Source: a bacterium
GTDB lineage: Bacteria > Bacteroidota > Bacteroidia > Bacteroidales > FEN-979
Assembly: GCA_037141055.1 (NCBI GenBank)
Contig: JBAXDH010000002.1
Coordinates: forward strand, 17,057 to 81,056
Direction of reading: 5' to 3'
DNA length: 64,000 nt
Below, one piece after another: positions 1 through 9,870 of the stretch. The notes under the pieces are model-generated. The model saw nothing but the letters and a program-made list of their open reading frames with translations, was not told where the DNA came from and did not search any database. How positions within the stretch are numbered: the stretch's first letter is position 1; the number at the start of each line of letters is the position of its first letter. A program made the position numbers and the translations under genes.

Positions 1-133
1 CCCGGCCCTGGGGGCCTCCTGCTGAAACGGCAAGAGCTGCACCCCTGCAGGTTTTACATCCTGCGCAAAAATAAATGCAGGCAAAAAAAAGAACAGCATG
101 ACACCCGAAATCAGAATCCTGTCCACCAACTTA

Positions 134-161
134 TTTTTCATTTTTCACTGTTCATCTTTCA
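134..161. repeat. Heptamer tandem array TTTTTCA x4 (TGAAAAA-type on the minus strand)
   Basis: Units tttttca/tttttca/ctgttca/tctttca were read directly. The array contains the TGA stop (152-154) of the M20 gene. Confidence 0.85.
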
Positions 162-1366
162 CTGCTCGTTGCTGTCTCCCTCAATACCTCCACCGCAAAC
201 CACGCCATAAGCCCCATGCCGGTCTGCAGGCATTGCTCATCCACATCGAAGGTGGCGGTGTGAAGATTGGAACCTATCCCTTTTTCCTTGTTGGCAATAC
301 CAAGCCTGAACATGCACGACGGCACCTCGCGGGCAAAATAGGCAAAGTCTTCGGCCGTCATTCGTTTTTCCAGTTCTTTAACGTGACCGGCTCCCAGGTA
401 TTCCGATGCCAGCCGGAAGAGTGTGGCGGACAGATCCGGGTCATTGTACAGGAACGGGTATCCATGGGCAATTCTCACATCACAGGCAGCTCCCATTGCC
501 GAAGCGATGCCGCCGGCAATTGTCCCGATGCGCCTGTGAACCTCCTTTCGCCATGACTCATCGTAGGTGCGCACGGTTCCTTCGATTTTCACTTCATCCG
601 GGATGATGTTGGTGCGACCGTCGCCGGTAATCTTTCCGAACGACAGCACCGTCGGCATCACCGGGTCGGCATTGCGGCTCACGATCTGCTGCAGCGCAAC
701 AATGATATGTGAAGCAACCAGGATGGGGTCGATCACCTGGCTGGGCGTTGCGGCATGGCCGCCCTTTCCCTTCACGGTCAGAAATATTTCGTCGGTTGAA
801 GCCATGTAGGCCCCGGGCCGCAAACCTGCCTCCCCGGCATCCAGGGTGTTGATGACATGCTGGGCAATGACGAACTGCGGTTTCGGATTTTCAAGGACCC
901 CCTCCCCGATCATGCGGATGGCTCCACCCGGGTAAGTTTCTTCGGAGGGCTGGAAAATAAGCTTTACCGTACCTTCAAACTGATCTTTAACGGCATTCAG
1001 AATCTTTGCCGCTCCAAGCAGGCAGGCCATGTGCACGTCATGACCGCAGGCATGCATTTTCCCCGGTGCGGCGGATTTATATTCGACATCATTTTCCTCC
1101 CGGATGGGCAGAGCATCCATATCCGCCCGGAGCGCAATGCAGCAGGAAGCAGGGTTTCTGCCTTCAATGAGTCCGACAATGCCCGTTTCCGCCACCCCGC
1201 TTTTATAAGGGATCCCGTATTCGTCGAGTTTGCTGCAGATAAACTCGGCGGTACGAAATTCTTCACAGGATAATTCAGGATTCTGATGAAAGTGCCGGCG
1301 GATTGCCACAACCTCCTCAAAGCAGGAACGCGACAATGATTCGATCTCTTGTTTTAAATGTGCCAT
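152..1366 (-). CDS. M20 family amidohydrolase (N-acyl-L-amino-acid amidohydrolase / hippurate hydrolase-like)
   Basis: 404-aa ORF with peptidase M20D-type metal-binding blocks (HACGHDVH, FQPSEE, GKGGHAA). The stop codon at 152-154 lies inside heptamer array 134-161. Confidence 0.85.
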   Translation of the reverse strand: MAHLKQEIESLSRSCFEEVVAIRRHFHQNPELSCEEFRTAEFICSKLDEYGIPYKSGVAETGIVGLIEGRNPASCCIALRADMDALPIREENDVEYKSAAPGKMHACGHDVHMACLLGAAKILNAVKDQFEGTVKLIFQPSEETYPGGAIRMIGEGVLENPKPQFVIAQHVINTLDAGEAGLRPGAYMASTDEIFLTVKGKGGHAATPSQVIDPILVASHIIVALQQIVSRNADPVMPTVLSFGKITGDGRTNIIPDEVKIEGTVRTYDESWRKEVHRRIGTIAGGIASAMGAACDVRIAHGYPFLYNDPDLSATLFRLASEYLGAGHVKELEKRMTAEDFAYFAREVPSCMFRLGIANKEKGIGSNLHTATFDVDEQCLQTGMGLMAWFAVEVLRETATSSER

Positions 1367-1405
1367 TGTATCGGACTGTAAATAAAATACAAAAGTAGGG
1401 AATGT

Positions 1406-4400
1406 TTAATTGAGCATCAACTTCAGGGTTGAAACCGAGCTCCCGGCCTGTACCCTTACAAAATAAAGGCCTCCCCGGAAACCTGCCAGGTTTAACGTGA
1501 TCAGCTCATGAATTCCATCCGGTGAAGGGGTTTGTTCCATTAATGTTCTGCCGGTAAGATCGAAAATTGTAATCTTACAATGCCCGCTGAAGTTCCTGTT
1601 TATTTCGATGGTCACATGATCCGTTGCAGGATTCGGATAAATCCTGAATAATGCTGAGGAATTTGCCAGTTCCCCGGACCCCGAGCAGTAGTCAACATGC
1701 ATATACTTTTGTTTCAGGATCGTCCGTGTATGGATCCCGTTCGAAACGGTCAGGTTCACATCATATTTCCCGGGGATGTCATACCTCACCAATGGATTAA
1801 CCTCCGTACTTGTGGCCGGGATTCCTCCTGGAAATTCCCAGTTCCTCGTCGTGATATTATCGAAGGAATCGTCACTGAACATGACAGTCTGCCCCTGGCA
1901 TGAGGAGGTGCCTGCAGCATGGAACAATGGCCATGGCCCTGTAATGTTAAGATCAAAAAACTCGAGATAACGCTGCATCAGCACGGTATGGGTAGAAGGA
2001 GCCGATCCGCCACCCATCTGGCTGAAATCAAGCATCGTCCCGATGGTCTTATAATCACTGCCGTGATATGCGAACTCCAGGTTCCTTGCAGGAGTATCCG
2101 TATTGACCAGTGTCGGATACGCCGGGGCCTGGGGTTCAAGGCTGAATACAGAATAATTGATGGGAGCCAGGTAGGAATAGTTCATGAACTCTGTAAACGT
2201 TTGTGGCACTCCCTTCACTGTGGGATAAAAATAGACCGGCACCTTTTTACTTGTGTATTTAAACATCGGCAGCAACGCTGTCTTGTTAAAATAATACCAT
2301 GTATAATAGCTCTCCAGGTAGAGATTTCCCCCATGCTGCAGGTAGGTAACCAGGGCGGCAGTTTCCTGATCGGTAAGTACATGTGAACCGGAAGATGCAG
2401 TGCCGAGGATCAGGAAGATGCTGCTGTAACGATCTAAACTGAACAGCAGGTCACTGATGGTATCATGACCGATATTCAGGCTTTCGAGGGCATTCATCAT
2501 GGCCATCATGGAAGCGCGGGAGGCTGCCAGGTTGACAAGTGCGACCGGCCTGGTTCCGATCAGAAGGGTGGCGCTGAGTGTTTGAATAACTCCCGAGGAA
2601 TCTCTCAGTGTGACCTGGACCGGCACCTCCATCCCGGGCTGTGCATGGCGTGAAGCTTTGATCTGAAAAAAGTAATCTTCAACTGTAAACACGTTCAGCT
2701 CACCGATCTGGATTTGAGGGGCCGATAAAACTGTGACCACGGTATCCGATGAGATGACTTTCAACTGAAGGTTCCGGGCCATCAGTGAACCTGTATTCCT
2801 GACGCTCACCCTCAGTTCGGCTACCTCCCCGGGATCGAGGCGTTCGTTGTACCCATCTGCTACGACAGGGGTTTCAACCTCCAGTTCAGGCTCCGCAACA
2901 GGGAACACAAGCTCCTTTGACCAGGTCCGGGTGGCAGTTTGGGAGCGCAGGGTCATCATCACCGGGTAGTTGTTTGGCAGGGTCTGGCCCAGCCGGAAAG
3001 AAAATGCTGTCGGTATGGTCAGCGTTTGGCCGGGACTGATCATCGGAACCGTAAATGAACTATCAGACAGCAGGATGTAGCTCTCTGCAGTTCGGAGCTT
3101 TAAAATAAGGTTTTGTAACGGCTGGCTGCCATTATTTGTTAATACCAGTTTCAGGGAGGCCTGCATTGCCTTTTTCAACCGCTTGTCATTGCCGCATATC
3201 AGTTCATCAGCGACCGATAAACCATCTGATAAAAACAGCATTTTTGAACCGGAAATCTTCCTTGAATCCGCCACACGGATGTTGAGGCCATAGATTATGG
3301 ACGAATCTGCCTGGCTTACAGTTAAGAAACCTGACCTTGAGAGGTTTAGTCCCGGGGGTAAAACCGGAGGATAAAAGATGAAACTCTTTCCCGAAAGGTC
3401 GTTCGCATTCCATTGGGTCTGAATGTCATAATTGAGCCCGTCACCTTTCGAAACCCCCTTGTAAAACGTATGAACGAAGCCCTGGTTGTTCATCGTGCCG
3501 TAGCAGAATTCAAACCGCCCGTCGGGATACAGGATCACTGAAAAATCATCAGTCGACCCTGTTATATACCTTGAAACGGAGGTTTTCCACCGGATGACGG
3601 CCTGGCTGGCATCCGCCTGGTACCATATTCCGTCGTTTTTGTTGGCCTGGTAAACATACTGTTGCGAGAAGGAGGGCACGATCAGCGGGAACATCCGCAG
3701 CATGGCCGTTTCATCGGTGGTGTATGGGGCAGGCAGGCTTTGCGGTTCAAAGGCGATGAACCCGTCATAATTTACATAAATCGAATCGTATTTCTTTCCG
3801 AAGAAAGGAAAACTGAACGGCAGGGCCACCGATGCAAAATACCTGGTTTCATAATGCACCTGGATGGATGTTCCCCCGATGAGCGGTTCGGGGGTGGAAG
3901 AGGGCTTGTTGATATACTCCTCCGCAACCGACCAGTCATACGGAGGCGTCCCTCCCGAAGCCTGCAACTGTACCTGCAGGGGCTGTGTTCCGGTGAACGG
4001 GGGCAGGCTGTTCGTTGCAACCCGCACATCCGGTTTTTCAAAGGCAGCTACCGCCGAAACCAGCGTCATATTGTTTTCCCTGATAACCACATCCGTGTCC
4101 CTCACGGGGATTTCCTGTGCCGACCCGTCATAACGGATGAATGACGCACGTTTGATCATCCCCTGGCCGATCTGGTCAGGATCCCGTTCCTCCACCATCA
4201 TGAAAAAACGGGCAGGTTGTCCTGACGGGACATAATTGAGCAAGTCAGACACATCCAGTCCAAACTCAATTGATTCAGCCCCGGGTAAGGTATCATTTCC
4301 AGTCATGACATGTTCCCCGCCCTGGAAGTTGAAGATGGGAAAATCAATCACATGTTCGGGGAACTGAGCCAGCGTATCACTGCTGACACCCGCCAGTATC

Positions 4401-5491
4401 CTGATCTTGTTGCGGGCATTATAATTTACCGTTGCCCTGACGGTGAGAAGCGGCCGACAGGCGGTATCGGCATCCAGAACGTAAACACGGTTGTTCCAGA
4501 TACCGCCTTCTCCATAATTCAACGCGAAGGACCGGTACAATGCATAGACAAAACCGGTATCGGCCCACCATGTCCCGTATGAATTGGCAATCTTGAACCC
4601 GCCGATTTCCCAATCGCGGGCGTCGACGATTCCATCGCCGGTGATGTCGAGGTTGTTGGTGAACTTACCGTCATGGTTCACGTCATACCTGATGGAATCG
4701 TTGTACCCGACCACCGTCATTCCGTGATCCGGGTCAGACTGCCAGGCAAGCAATACCGTTTTCCCTGCCCCGGGCGTGCCAACAGGCAGAATCGGCATGT
4801 TGTAAAGTGTGCTGCTGCTGGTTGTGAAGCAGGCAATGCCACCTGCAGGGGAACCATCCAGGTGGTTGTAGAGGTAATTTTTAAGCGTGCCGATTCCCTC
4901 AATGCTGTTGACTTCTATTGCGGAAACCTGCTTCACGTGATTGAACATTCCACGGTAATACTTATCGTACCCGCTGATCCAACCCAGAACCGAATTGGAT
5001 GTGTCCAGCCCGTAATCATCCGACGTCATATGCCCCTGCTGCCTGATGGCCTCAAAACTCTGCAGGAAATTCACCCCGACGTACCGGTCGCCCTGGTTCA
5101 TAAAATTCCAGGTATAATGGGCCGGATAACTATTGTTCCAGAACCAGCCGGGTTGGTTCCGCAACCTGTTTATTTCATATGTAAACACATAGACCACACC
5201 TGCATACTGCTGGCACGTGTAAAACATATACTGGTCCCTGACCCCCGGCCAGTATTCATTTTTTGAATTATCAACGATGGCCGGGATCTGGCTTTTGCGG
5301 GTTACCTGCGAAAAACCGAGCAGGGGCACTCTCATCGCCATTACGGAATCACGGGCCCTCGCATCGCGGGAGTAAACAGGAACCATGGATCGCATGGCCG
5401 TTCCCTGGCCGTAGTTTGCACCATGCAGCATGATCGTCAAAATCATGGGGAGGAGGAAAAATCTGTACGGTCTCATCTGTTTAATAATCAT
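1406..5491 (-). CDS. Large secreted papain-like (C1-type) peptidase-domain protein with PKD domain and T9SS C-terminal sorting domain
   Basis: 1361-aa ORF with an N-terminal signal-like hydrophobic segment. His block DHGMTVVGYND and Asn/Trp block NSYGTWWADTGFVY resemble papain-family catalytic motifs. PKD-like segment (WEFPGG...YDVNLTVSNG). The last ~80 aa (RIYPNPATDHVTIE...GLYFVRV) look like a T9SS CTD. Confidence 0.65.
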   Translation of the reverse strand: MIIKQMRPYRFFLLPMILTIMLHGANYGQGTAMRSMVPVYSRDARARDSVMAMRVPLLGFSQVTRKSQIPAIVDNSKNEYWPGVRDQYMFYTCQQYAGVVYVFTYEINRLRNQPGWFWNNSYPAHYTWNFMNQGDRYVGVNFLQSFEAIRQQGHMTSDDYGLDTSNSVLGWISGYDKYYRGMFNHVKQVSAIEVNSIEGIGTLKNYLYNHLDGSPAGGIACFTTSSSTLYNMPILPVGTPGAGKTVLLAWQSDPDHGMTVVGYNDSIRYDVNHDGKFTNNLDITGDGIVDARDWEIGGFKIANSYGTWWADTGFVYALYRSFALNYGEGGIWNNRVYVLDADTACRPLLTVRATVNYNARNKIRILAGVSSDTLAQFPEHVIDFPIFNFQGGEHVMTGNDTLPGAESIEFGLDVSDLLNYVPSGQPARFFMMVEERDPDQIGQGMIKRASFIRYDGSAQEIPVRDTDVVIRENNMTLVSAVAAFEKPDVRVATNSLPPFTGTQPLQVQLQASGGTPPYDWSVAEEYINKPSSTPEPLIGGTSIQVHYETRYFASVALPFSFPFFGKKYDSIYVNYDGFIAFEPQSLPAPYTTDETAMLRMFPLIVPSFSQQYVYQANKNDGIWYQADASQAVIRWKTSVSRYITGSTDDFSVILYPDGRFEFCYGTMNNQGFVHTFYKGVSKGDGLNYDIQTQWNANDLSGKSFIFYPPVLPPGLNLSRSGFLTVSQADSSIIYGLNIRVADSRKISGSKMLFLSDGLSVADELICGNDKRLKKAMQASLKLVLTNNGSQPLQNLILKLRTAESYILLSDSSFTVPMISPGQTLTIPTAFSFRLGQTLPNNYPVMMTLRSQTATRTWSKELVFPVAEPELEVETPVVADGYNERLDPGEVAELRVSVRNTGSLMARNLQLKVISSDTVVTVLSAPQIQIGELNVFTVEDYFFQIKASRHAQPGMEVPVQVTLRDSSGVIQTLSATLLIGTRPVALVNLAASRASMMAMMNALESLNIGHDTISDLLFSLDRYSSIFLILGTASSGSHVLTDQETAALVTYLQHGGNLYLESYYTWYYFNKTALLPMFKYTSKKVPVYFYPTVKGVPQTFTEFMNYSYLAPINYSVFSLEPQAPAYPTLVNTDTPARNLEFAYHGSDYKTIGTMLDFSQMGGGSAPSTHTVLMQRYLEFFDLNITGPWPLFHAAGTSSCQGQTVMFSDDSFDNITTRNWEFPGGIPATSTEVNPLVRYDIPGKYDVNLTVSNGIHTRTILKQKYMHVDYCSGSGELANSSALFRIYPNPATDHVTIEINRNFSGHCKITIFDLTGRTLMEQTPSPDGIHELITLNLAGFRGGLYFVRVQAGSSVSTLKLMLN

Positions 5492-5635
5492 GGAATAACT
5501 TCCGGCATGTGATTTTCCGGAAAAATTATAAATATTCGGACAGAAGCAAAGTTACGAAGATTCAAATGATCCTTAATCCGGAATTAATATTTACTTTTAC
5601 GCCTTCAAATGCAATGCTGCGTTAACTTTATCTTC

Positions 5636-5980
5636 ATGAAAATCAAGGGCTTTTTTTTATTCTTAATACTTCTGGCCACGATCAGCAGTTGCAAACATGT
5701 GGTTCAGTACGATTGCACGGGGGCCACACCTACCTATACGGCAAATGTCAAGCCCATTCTCGATGCAACCTGTGCGCTTTCCAATTGTCATTCGGGACAT
5801 GGTGAAGTATTCGACCTTTCCACCTATGCAAGTGCCTCATCGGCAAGTAAGAAAAAAAGTTTCATGGGATCGATCCAGCACATGCCATTCTACGAGAAAA
5901 TGCCCAGGAATGCGGACCGGCTGACAGATTCACAGATTCACGTCCTATCTTGCTGGTGCCAGAACGGTTCGCCGGAATAG
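5636..5980 (+). CDS. Small lipoprotein with cytochrome-c-like (PSCyt1-like) motif, function unknown
   Basis: The ORF track starts at 5609. The lipoprotein signal MKIKGFFLFLILLATISSC starts at ATG 5636. KPILDATCALSNCH ... MP..ADRLT..QI..L..W resembles planctomycete-type cytochrome c domains, but the motif is C-x4-CH, not CxxCH. Confidence 0.5.
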   Translation: MKIKGFFLFLILLATISSCKHVVQYDCTGATPTYTANVKPILDATCALSNCHSGHGEVFDLSTYASASSASKKKSFMGSIQHMPFYEKMPRNADRLTDSQIHVLSCWCQNGSPE

Positions 5981-5985
5981 TCAGA

Positions 5986-6051
5986 GTGACAAGTGACAAA
6001 TGACAAATGATAAATAAGCCGGATTTTCATTTGTAATTTGTCACTTGTAAT
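5986..6051. terminator. 25-bp inverted repeat built from GTGACAA heptamers; bidirectional terminator-like hairpin
   Basis: The left arm gtgacaagtgacaaatgacaaatga (5986-6010) pairs with tcatttgtaatttgtcacttgtaat (6027-6051): 22 Watson-Crick pairs, 1 G-U and 2 mismatches. The loop is 16 nt. It lies between the convergent stops at 5980 and 6054. Confidence 0.8.
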
Positions 6052-6053
6052 TC

Positions 6054-7592
6054 TTACAATGGGATATTCCCATGTTTCTTCGGTGGGTTGGTTTTACTCT
6101 TGTTCTGTGTAAGTTCCAGCGCTTGGATGAGTTTGGTTCTGGTTTGGCGCGGAAGGATAATCTCATCCACATAACCCAGTTCGGCAGCTTTATAAGGGTT
6201 GGCAAACGTTTCGCGGTAATGATCGACAGCCTCGGCGCGATCGGCCTCATTCAGTTTCCCCTTGTGAATGATATTTACGGCGCCCTCTGGACCCATTACC
6301 GCAATTTCCGCGGTCGGATATGCATAATTTACATCCGCACCAATGTGTTTGCTCGACATCACATCATAGGCTCCGCCGTATGCCTTGCGGGTGATCAGGG
6401 TGATCTTTGGCACGGTAGCTTCAGAAAATGCATACAGTAATTTGGCTCCATGCTTGATGATCCCGCCAAATTCCTGGTTTGTACCCGGAAGGAAGCCTGG
6501 AACGTCGACCAGCGTAATGAGCGGAATGTTGAAGCAATCGCAGAACCTGACAAAGCGTGCGCCCTTGATGGACGAGTTGATATCCAGCACCCCGGCCAGG
6601 AAAGCAGGCTGGTTTGCGACGATTCCAACCGGTTTTCCGCCCAGGCGGGCAAACCCGGTAAGGATATTCTGCGCATAATGGGGCATCACCTCGAAAAAGT
6701 TATGATTGTCAACAACCGTGCTGATGAGTTCTTTCATGTCGTACGGTTTGTTGGGATCGGCCGGAACCAGCGTCTGGAGTTTCTCGTCCTGCCGCATTAC
6801 ATCGTCGGTACATGGCTGTGCAGGCGGATCTTCCATATTATTGGCAGGCAGGAAACTCATCAGTTCGCGGATCATCAGGATAACCTGTTCGTCGTTTTCA
6901 GCCGCGAAATGCGCCACACCGCTTTTCGAATTGTGCGACATGGCCCCGCCAAGTTCTTCCATGGTCACCTCTTCGTGGGTAACCGTTTTAATTACTTCGG
7001 GTCCTGTTACGAACATATAGCTCGATTCCTTGACCATGAAAATGAAATCGGTGATGGCCGGGGAATAGACGGCACCTCCTGCACAGGGGCCCATGATGGC
7101 TGAGATCTGCGGGATCACGCCCGAAGCCATCACATTCCTGTAAAAAATATCGGCATAACCGGCGAGGCTTTCAACGCCTTCCTGGATACGGGCTCCGCCC
7201 GAGTCGTTCAGCCCGATGAGCGGCGCACCCATTCGCATGGCCATGTCCATGATTTTAACCACCTTGTCGGCATTGGCCCGGCTCATGGTACCCCCGAAAA
7301 CAGTAAAATCCTGGGCAAAGACAAATGTGAGGCGCCCGTCGATTTTGCCGTAACCCGTCACCATGCCATCGCCCGGCACCTTGTTATGTCCCATCCCGAA
7401 ATCATGGCAACGGTGCATGACCAGTTTGTCCATTTCAACGAATGAGTTCACATCAAGCAGCGTGAGAATACGCTCGCGGGCAGTCATCCTCCCGTTTTTA
7501 TGGATCTTGGCAATTTTATCAACACCGCCACCCAACTCAGCCTTGCGATTTTTATCGTCAAAAAACTGAAAACGTTCTTCTATGGTTTGCAT
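6054..7592 (-). CDS. Acyl-CoA carboxylase carboxyltransferase subunit (propionyl-CoA carboxylase beta / methylmalonyl-CoA carboxyltransferase family)
   Basis: 512-aa ORF with blocks typical of this family ([36 protein letters not shown]). It is last in a three-gene minus-strand operon with biotin carboxylase and BCCP. Confidence 0.9.
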   Translation of the reverse strand: MQTIEERFQFFDDKNRKAELGGGVDKIAKIHKNGRMTARERILTLLDVNSFVEMDKLVMHRCHDFGMGHNKVPGDGMVTGYGKIDGRLTFVFAQDFTVFGGTMSRANADKVVKIMDMAMRMGAPLIGLNDSGGARIQEGVESLAGYADIFYRNVMASGVIPQISAIMGPCAGGAVYSPAITDFIFMVKESSYMFVTGPEVIKTVTHEEVTMEELGGAMSHNSKSGVAHFAAENDEQVILMIRELMSFLPANNMEDPPAQPCTDDVMRQDEKLQTLVPADPNKPYDMKELISTVVDNHNFFEVMPHYAQNILTGFARLGGKPVGIVANQPAFLAGVLDINSSIKGARFVRFCDCFNIPLITLVDVPGFLPGTNQEFGGIIKHGAKLLYAFSEATVPKITLITRKAYGGAYDVMSSKHIGADVNYAYPTAEIAVMGPEGAVNIIHKGKLNEADRAEAVDHYRETFANPYKAAELGYVDEIILPRQTRTKLIQALELTQNKSKTNPPKKHGNIPL

Positions 7593-7620
7593 AATTTAGA
7601 GTTTGGTAAAAGGTTTAAAA

Positions 7621-7634
7621 GCGGACAGGCGGAC
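7621..7634. repeat. Short GGCGGACA-family array (about 1.75 units)
   Basis: gcggacaggcggac lies in the BCCP-carboxyltransferase spacer. The same unit occurs at 16680-16712 and 39955-39980. Confidence 0.6.
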
Positions 7635-7641
7635 CATTTCG

Positions 7642-8175
7642 CTATTCCGCTGGTTCGCTGGTGATATTTTCCAATTTTATCATCACCTGGTGCGAATCAA
7701 CGGTGTCGCCTTCTTTGACAAGAATTGCCTGTACAATTTTATCGCCGGTTGCTTTGAATTCACTTTGCATCTTCATGGCTTCCACCACGATGAGTGTATC
7801 GCCTGTTGCAACGACATCACCGACTTTGACAGGAATCTTGACGATCTTGCCGGGCATGGGGGACGCAACCTGGTTGGATCCTTCGACTTCCTGGCCTTTG
7901 TTGCGGTTGCTTATATACTTTGATTCTGCATCGATGACCTCAGCGTTGAAAGTTTTCGCAAAAGTGTTCACGATGAACTTTTTGCTCGACTCCCCCCTGA
8001 TCAGCTCAACATTGTACGAATGCCCGTTGTATAAAATGGAATAGACCCCGTTTTCAACTTCCACAATGTCGAGGTCATATTTATGGTCATCAACTTTGAT
8101 CAGGGCTTTGTTCCCAACCCGGTTGAGCAGTTCAATCTTTGCCGTGCGGTGTCCGATACTTATTTCGTATGCCAT
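7642..8175 (-). CDS. Biotin carboxyl carrier protein (biotin/lipoyl attachment domain)
   Basis: 177-aa ORF. The C-terminal biotinyl domain carries the EAMKM biotinylation motif (VVEAMKMQSEF). It sits between biotin carboxylase and carboxyltransferase. Confidence 0.85.
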   Translation of the reverse strand: MAYEISIGHRTAKIELLNRVGNKALIKVDDHKYDLDIVEVENGVYSILYNGHSYNVELIRGESSKKFIVNTFAKTFNAEVIDAESKYISNRNKGQEVEGSNQVASPMPGKIVKIPVKVGDVVATGDTLIVVEAMKMQSEFKATGDKIVQAILVKEGDTVDSHQVMIKLENITSEPAE

Positions 8176-8184
8176 GGTACAGGG

Positions 8185-9693
8185 TTATAAACGTAAAACA
8201 TTTCGTTTGCGGCCAAAATCCTTCCAGTTTGAGCCAAGCTCTTCACTGAATTTCTGGGGCTGAACTTCGGCCAGTTTGTCGAGGTAATCAATGAATGCAG
8301 TGATGATGGCCATATCCTCGCATTCGGTGCCGCATTTTTTAGTCGTGAACAACCGGTCATGATTGTCCTCGATGAAATGTGTGTTGTACTTTCCCTCGAT
8401 GAATTCAGGTGCATCCATGATTCGTTCCAGGAACTTGATGGAGGTTTTCACACCGGTGATCTTGTATTCATATAAAGCACGACGCATCCGCGCTATTGAT
8501 TCCTTGCGGGTTTCACCCCAGGTGATCAGTTTGCAGATCATCGGATCGTAATGCATCGGGATCTCATAGCCTTCGTAAACATAACCGTCATAGCGAACAC
8601 CCAGGCCGAGCGGAACTGTAATGTGCTTGATTACGCCGGGGTTCGGCATGAAATTGTTGTCGGGGTCTTCGGCATAAATCCTGCACTGGATGGCATGCCC
8701 GTACTGGTGAAGGTCCTCCTGCCTGAATGAAAGCGGCAGGCCGTTTGCAATGTTGATCTGCTCCTTAACGAGGTCAACTCCCACAACGCGTTCTGTTACA
8801 GGATGTTCAACCTGCAAACGGGTATTCATTTCGAGGAAATAATAATCCAGCTGATCGCTGACGATGAATTCGATGGTGCCGGCGCCTTCATAATTTACCG
8901 CTTTGGCTGCAGCAACCGCCTTTTCGCCCATCTCCTGCCTCAGCGCGGGATTCATCAGCGGCGACGGAGTCTCTTCGATAACCTTCTGATGACGGCGCTG
9001 GATGGAACATTCGCGTTCAAAGAGATGAACGACATTGCCATGCTGGTCGGCCAGTATCTGAAATTCAATATGATGGGGTGATTCAATATACTTTTCGATG
9101 TAAACGGCATCGTCGCCGAACGCATTCATGGCTTCCGATTTTGCCATACGGAGCGACGGGATCAGCTCCTCCATCTTTTTAACCAGGCGCATCCCCTTGC
9201 CGCCGCCACCTGCGGAGGCTTTGATCATGATGGGCAGGCCGATCTCGTTGACCACTTCAACCGCCTTTACTTCATCGGAAAGCTTTTCCTTGGTTCCCGG
9301 CACCACCGGGACCCCGGAGGCAATCATGGTTTGACGGGCAGTGATTTTATCACCCATGGTCCGGATAGCATAGGCATCGGGTCCGATAAATTTGATCCCT
9401 TCTGCTTTGCAACGTTCTGAAAATCCGGCATTTTCCGAAAGGAAACCGTATCCCGGGTGGATGGCATCGGCCCCCGACTGTTTAGCTGCACCGATGATGG
9501 CATCAACATTCAGATAGCTTTCCCGTGAAGGAGCCGGTCCGATGCAATAAGCTTCATCCGCATAGCGTACATGCATGGCCTGACGGTCGGCATCCGAAAA
9601 CACCGCAACAGTCACAATACCAAGCTCCCTGCATGATCGCATCACTCTTACCGCAATCTCCCCGCGGTTGGCCACCAATACTTTTTTAATCAT
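8185..9693 (-). CDS. accC: Biotin carboxylase (ATP-grasp) subunit of acetyl/acyl-CoA carboxylase
   Basis: 502-aa ORF with N-terminus MIKKVLVANRGEIAVRV, glycine-rich loop KASAGGGGKGMR and the EMNTRLQVEHPVTE block. Confidence 0.92.
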   Translation of the reverse strand: MIKKVLVANRGEIAVRVMRSCRELGIVTVAVFSDADRQAMHVRYADEAYCIGPAPSRESYLNVDAIIGAAKQSGADAIHPGYGFLSENAGFSERCKAEGIKFIGPDAYAIRTMGDKITARQTMIASGVPVVPGTKEKLSDEVKAVEVVNEIGLPIMIKASAGGGGKGMRLVKKMEELIPSLRMAKSEAMNAFGDDAVYIEKYIESPHHIEFQILADQHGNVVHLFERECSIQRRHQKVIEETPSPLMNPALRQEMGEKAVAAAKAVNYEGAGTIEFIVSDQLDYYFLEMNTRLQVEHPVTERVVGVDLVKEQINIANGLPLSFRQEDLHQYGHAIQCRIYAEDPDNNFMPNPGVIKHITVPLGLGVRYDGYVYEGYEIPMHYDPMICKLITWGETRKESIARMRRALYEYKITGVKTSIKFLERIMDAPEFIEGKYNTHFIEDNHDRLFTTKKCGTECEDMAIITAFIDYLDKLAEVQPQKFSEELGSNWKDFGRKRNVLRL

Positions 9694-9870
9694 GGGGTTG
9701 ACAATTAAAACTATTTATTCTGATTCTAAAAATCGGGCAAAACTATTAAAAAATAACCTTGCAGCCGTAATCACACATGCATATTTAAGGATATTTAACA
9801 TTTACCGGTTCAAAAAACAGGCAGATTTTATTGATATTTCTGTTGATTTTTAACGATATTTGGCGAATAT

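Noticed and set aside
98-1273. Plus-strand ORFs 98..556, 406..606, 567..809 and 857..1273, opposite the M20 hydrolase gene.
   Set aside because: They are shadow ORFs antisense to a well-supported gene and have low-complexity, Arg/Pro/Cys-rich translations. The same reasoning applies to antisense or alternate-frame ORFs inside other confident genes, for example 6450..7103, 32153..32842, 34376..35050, 37323..38003, 38292..38963, 52734..53438, 60581..61255 and 63303..63776.
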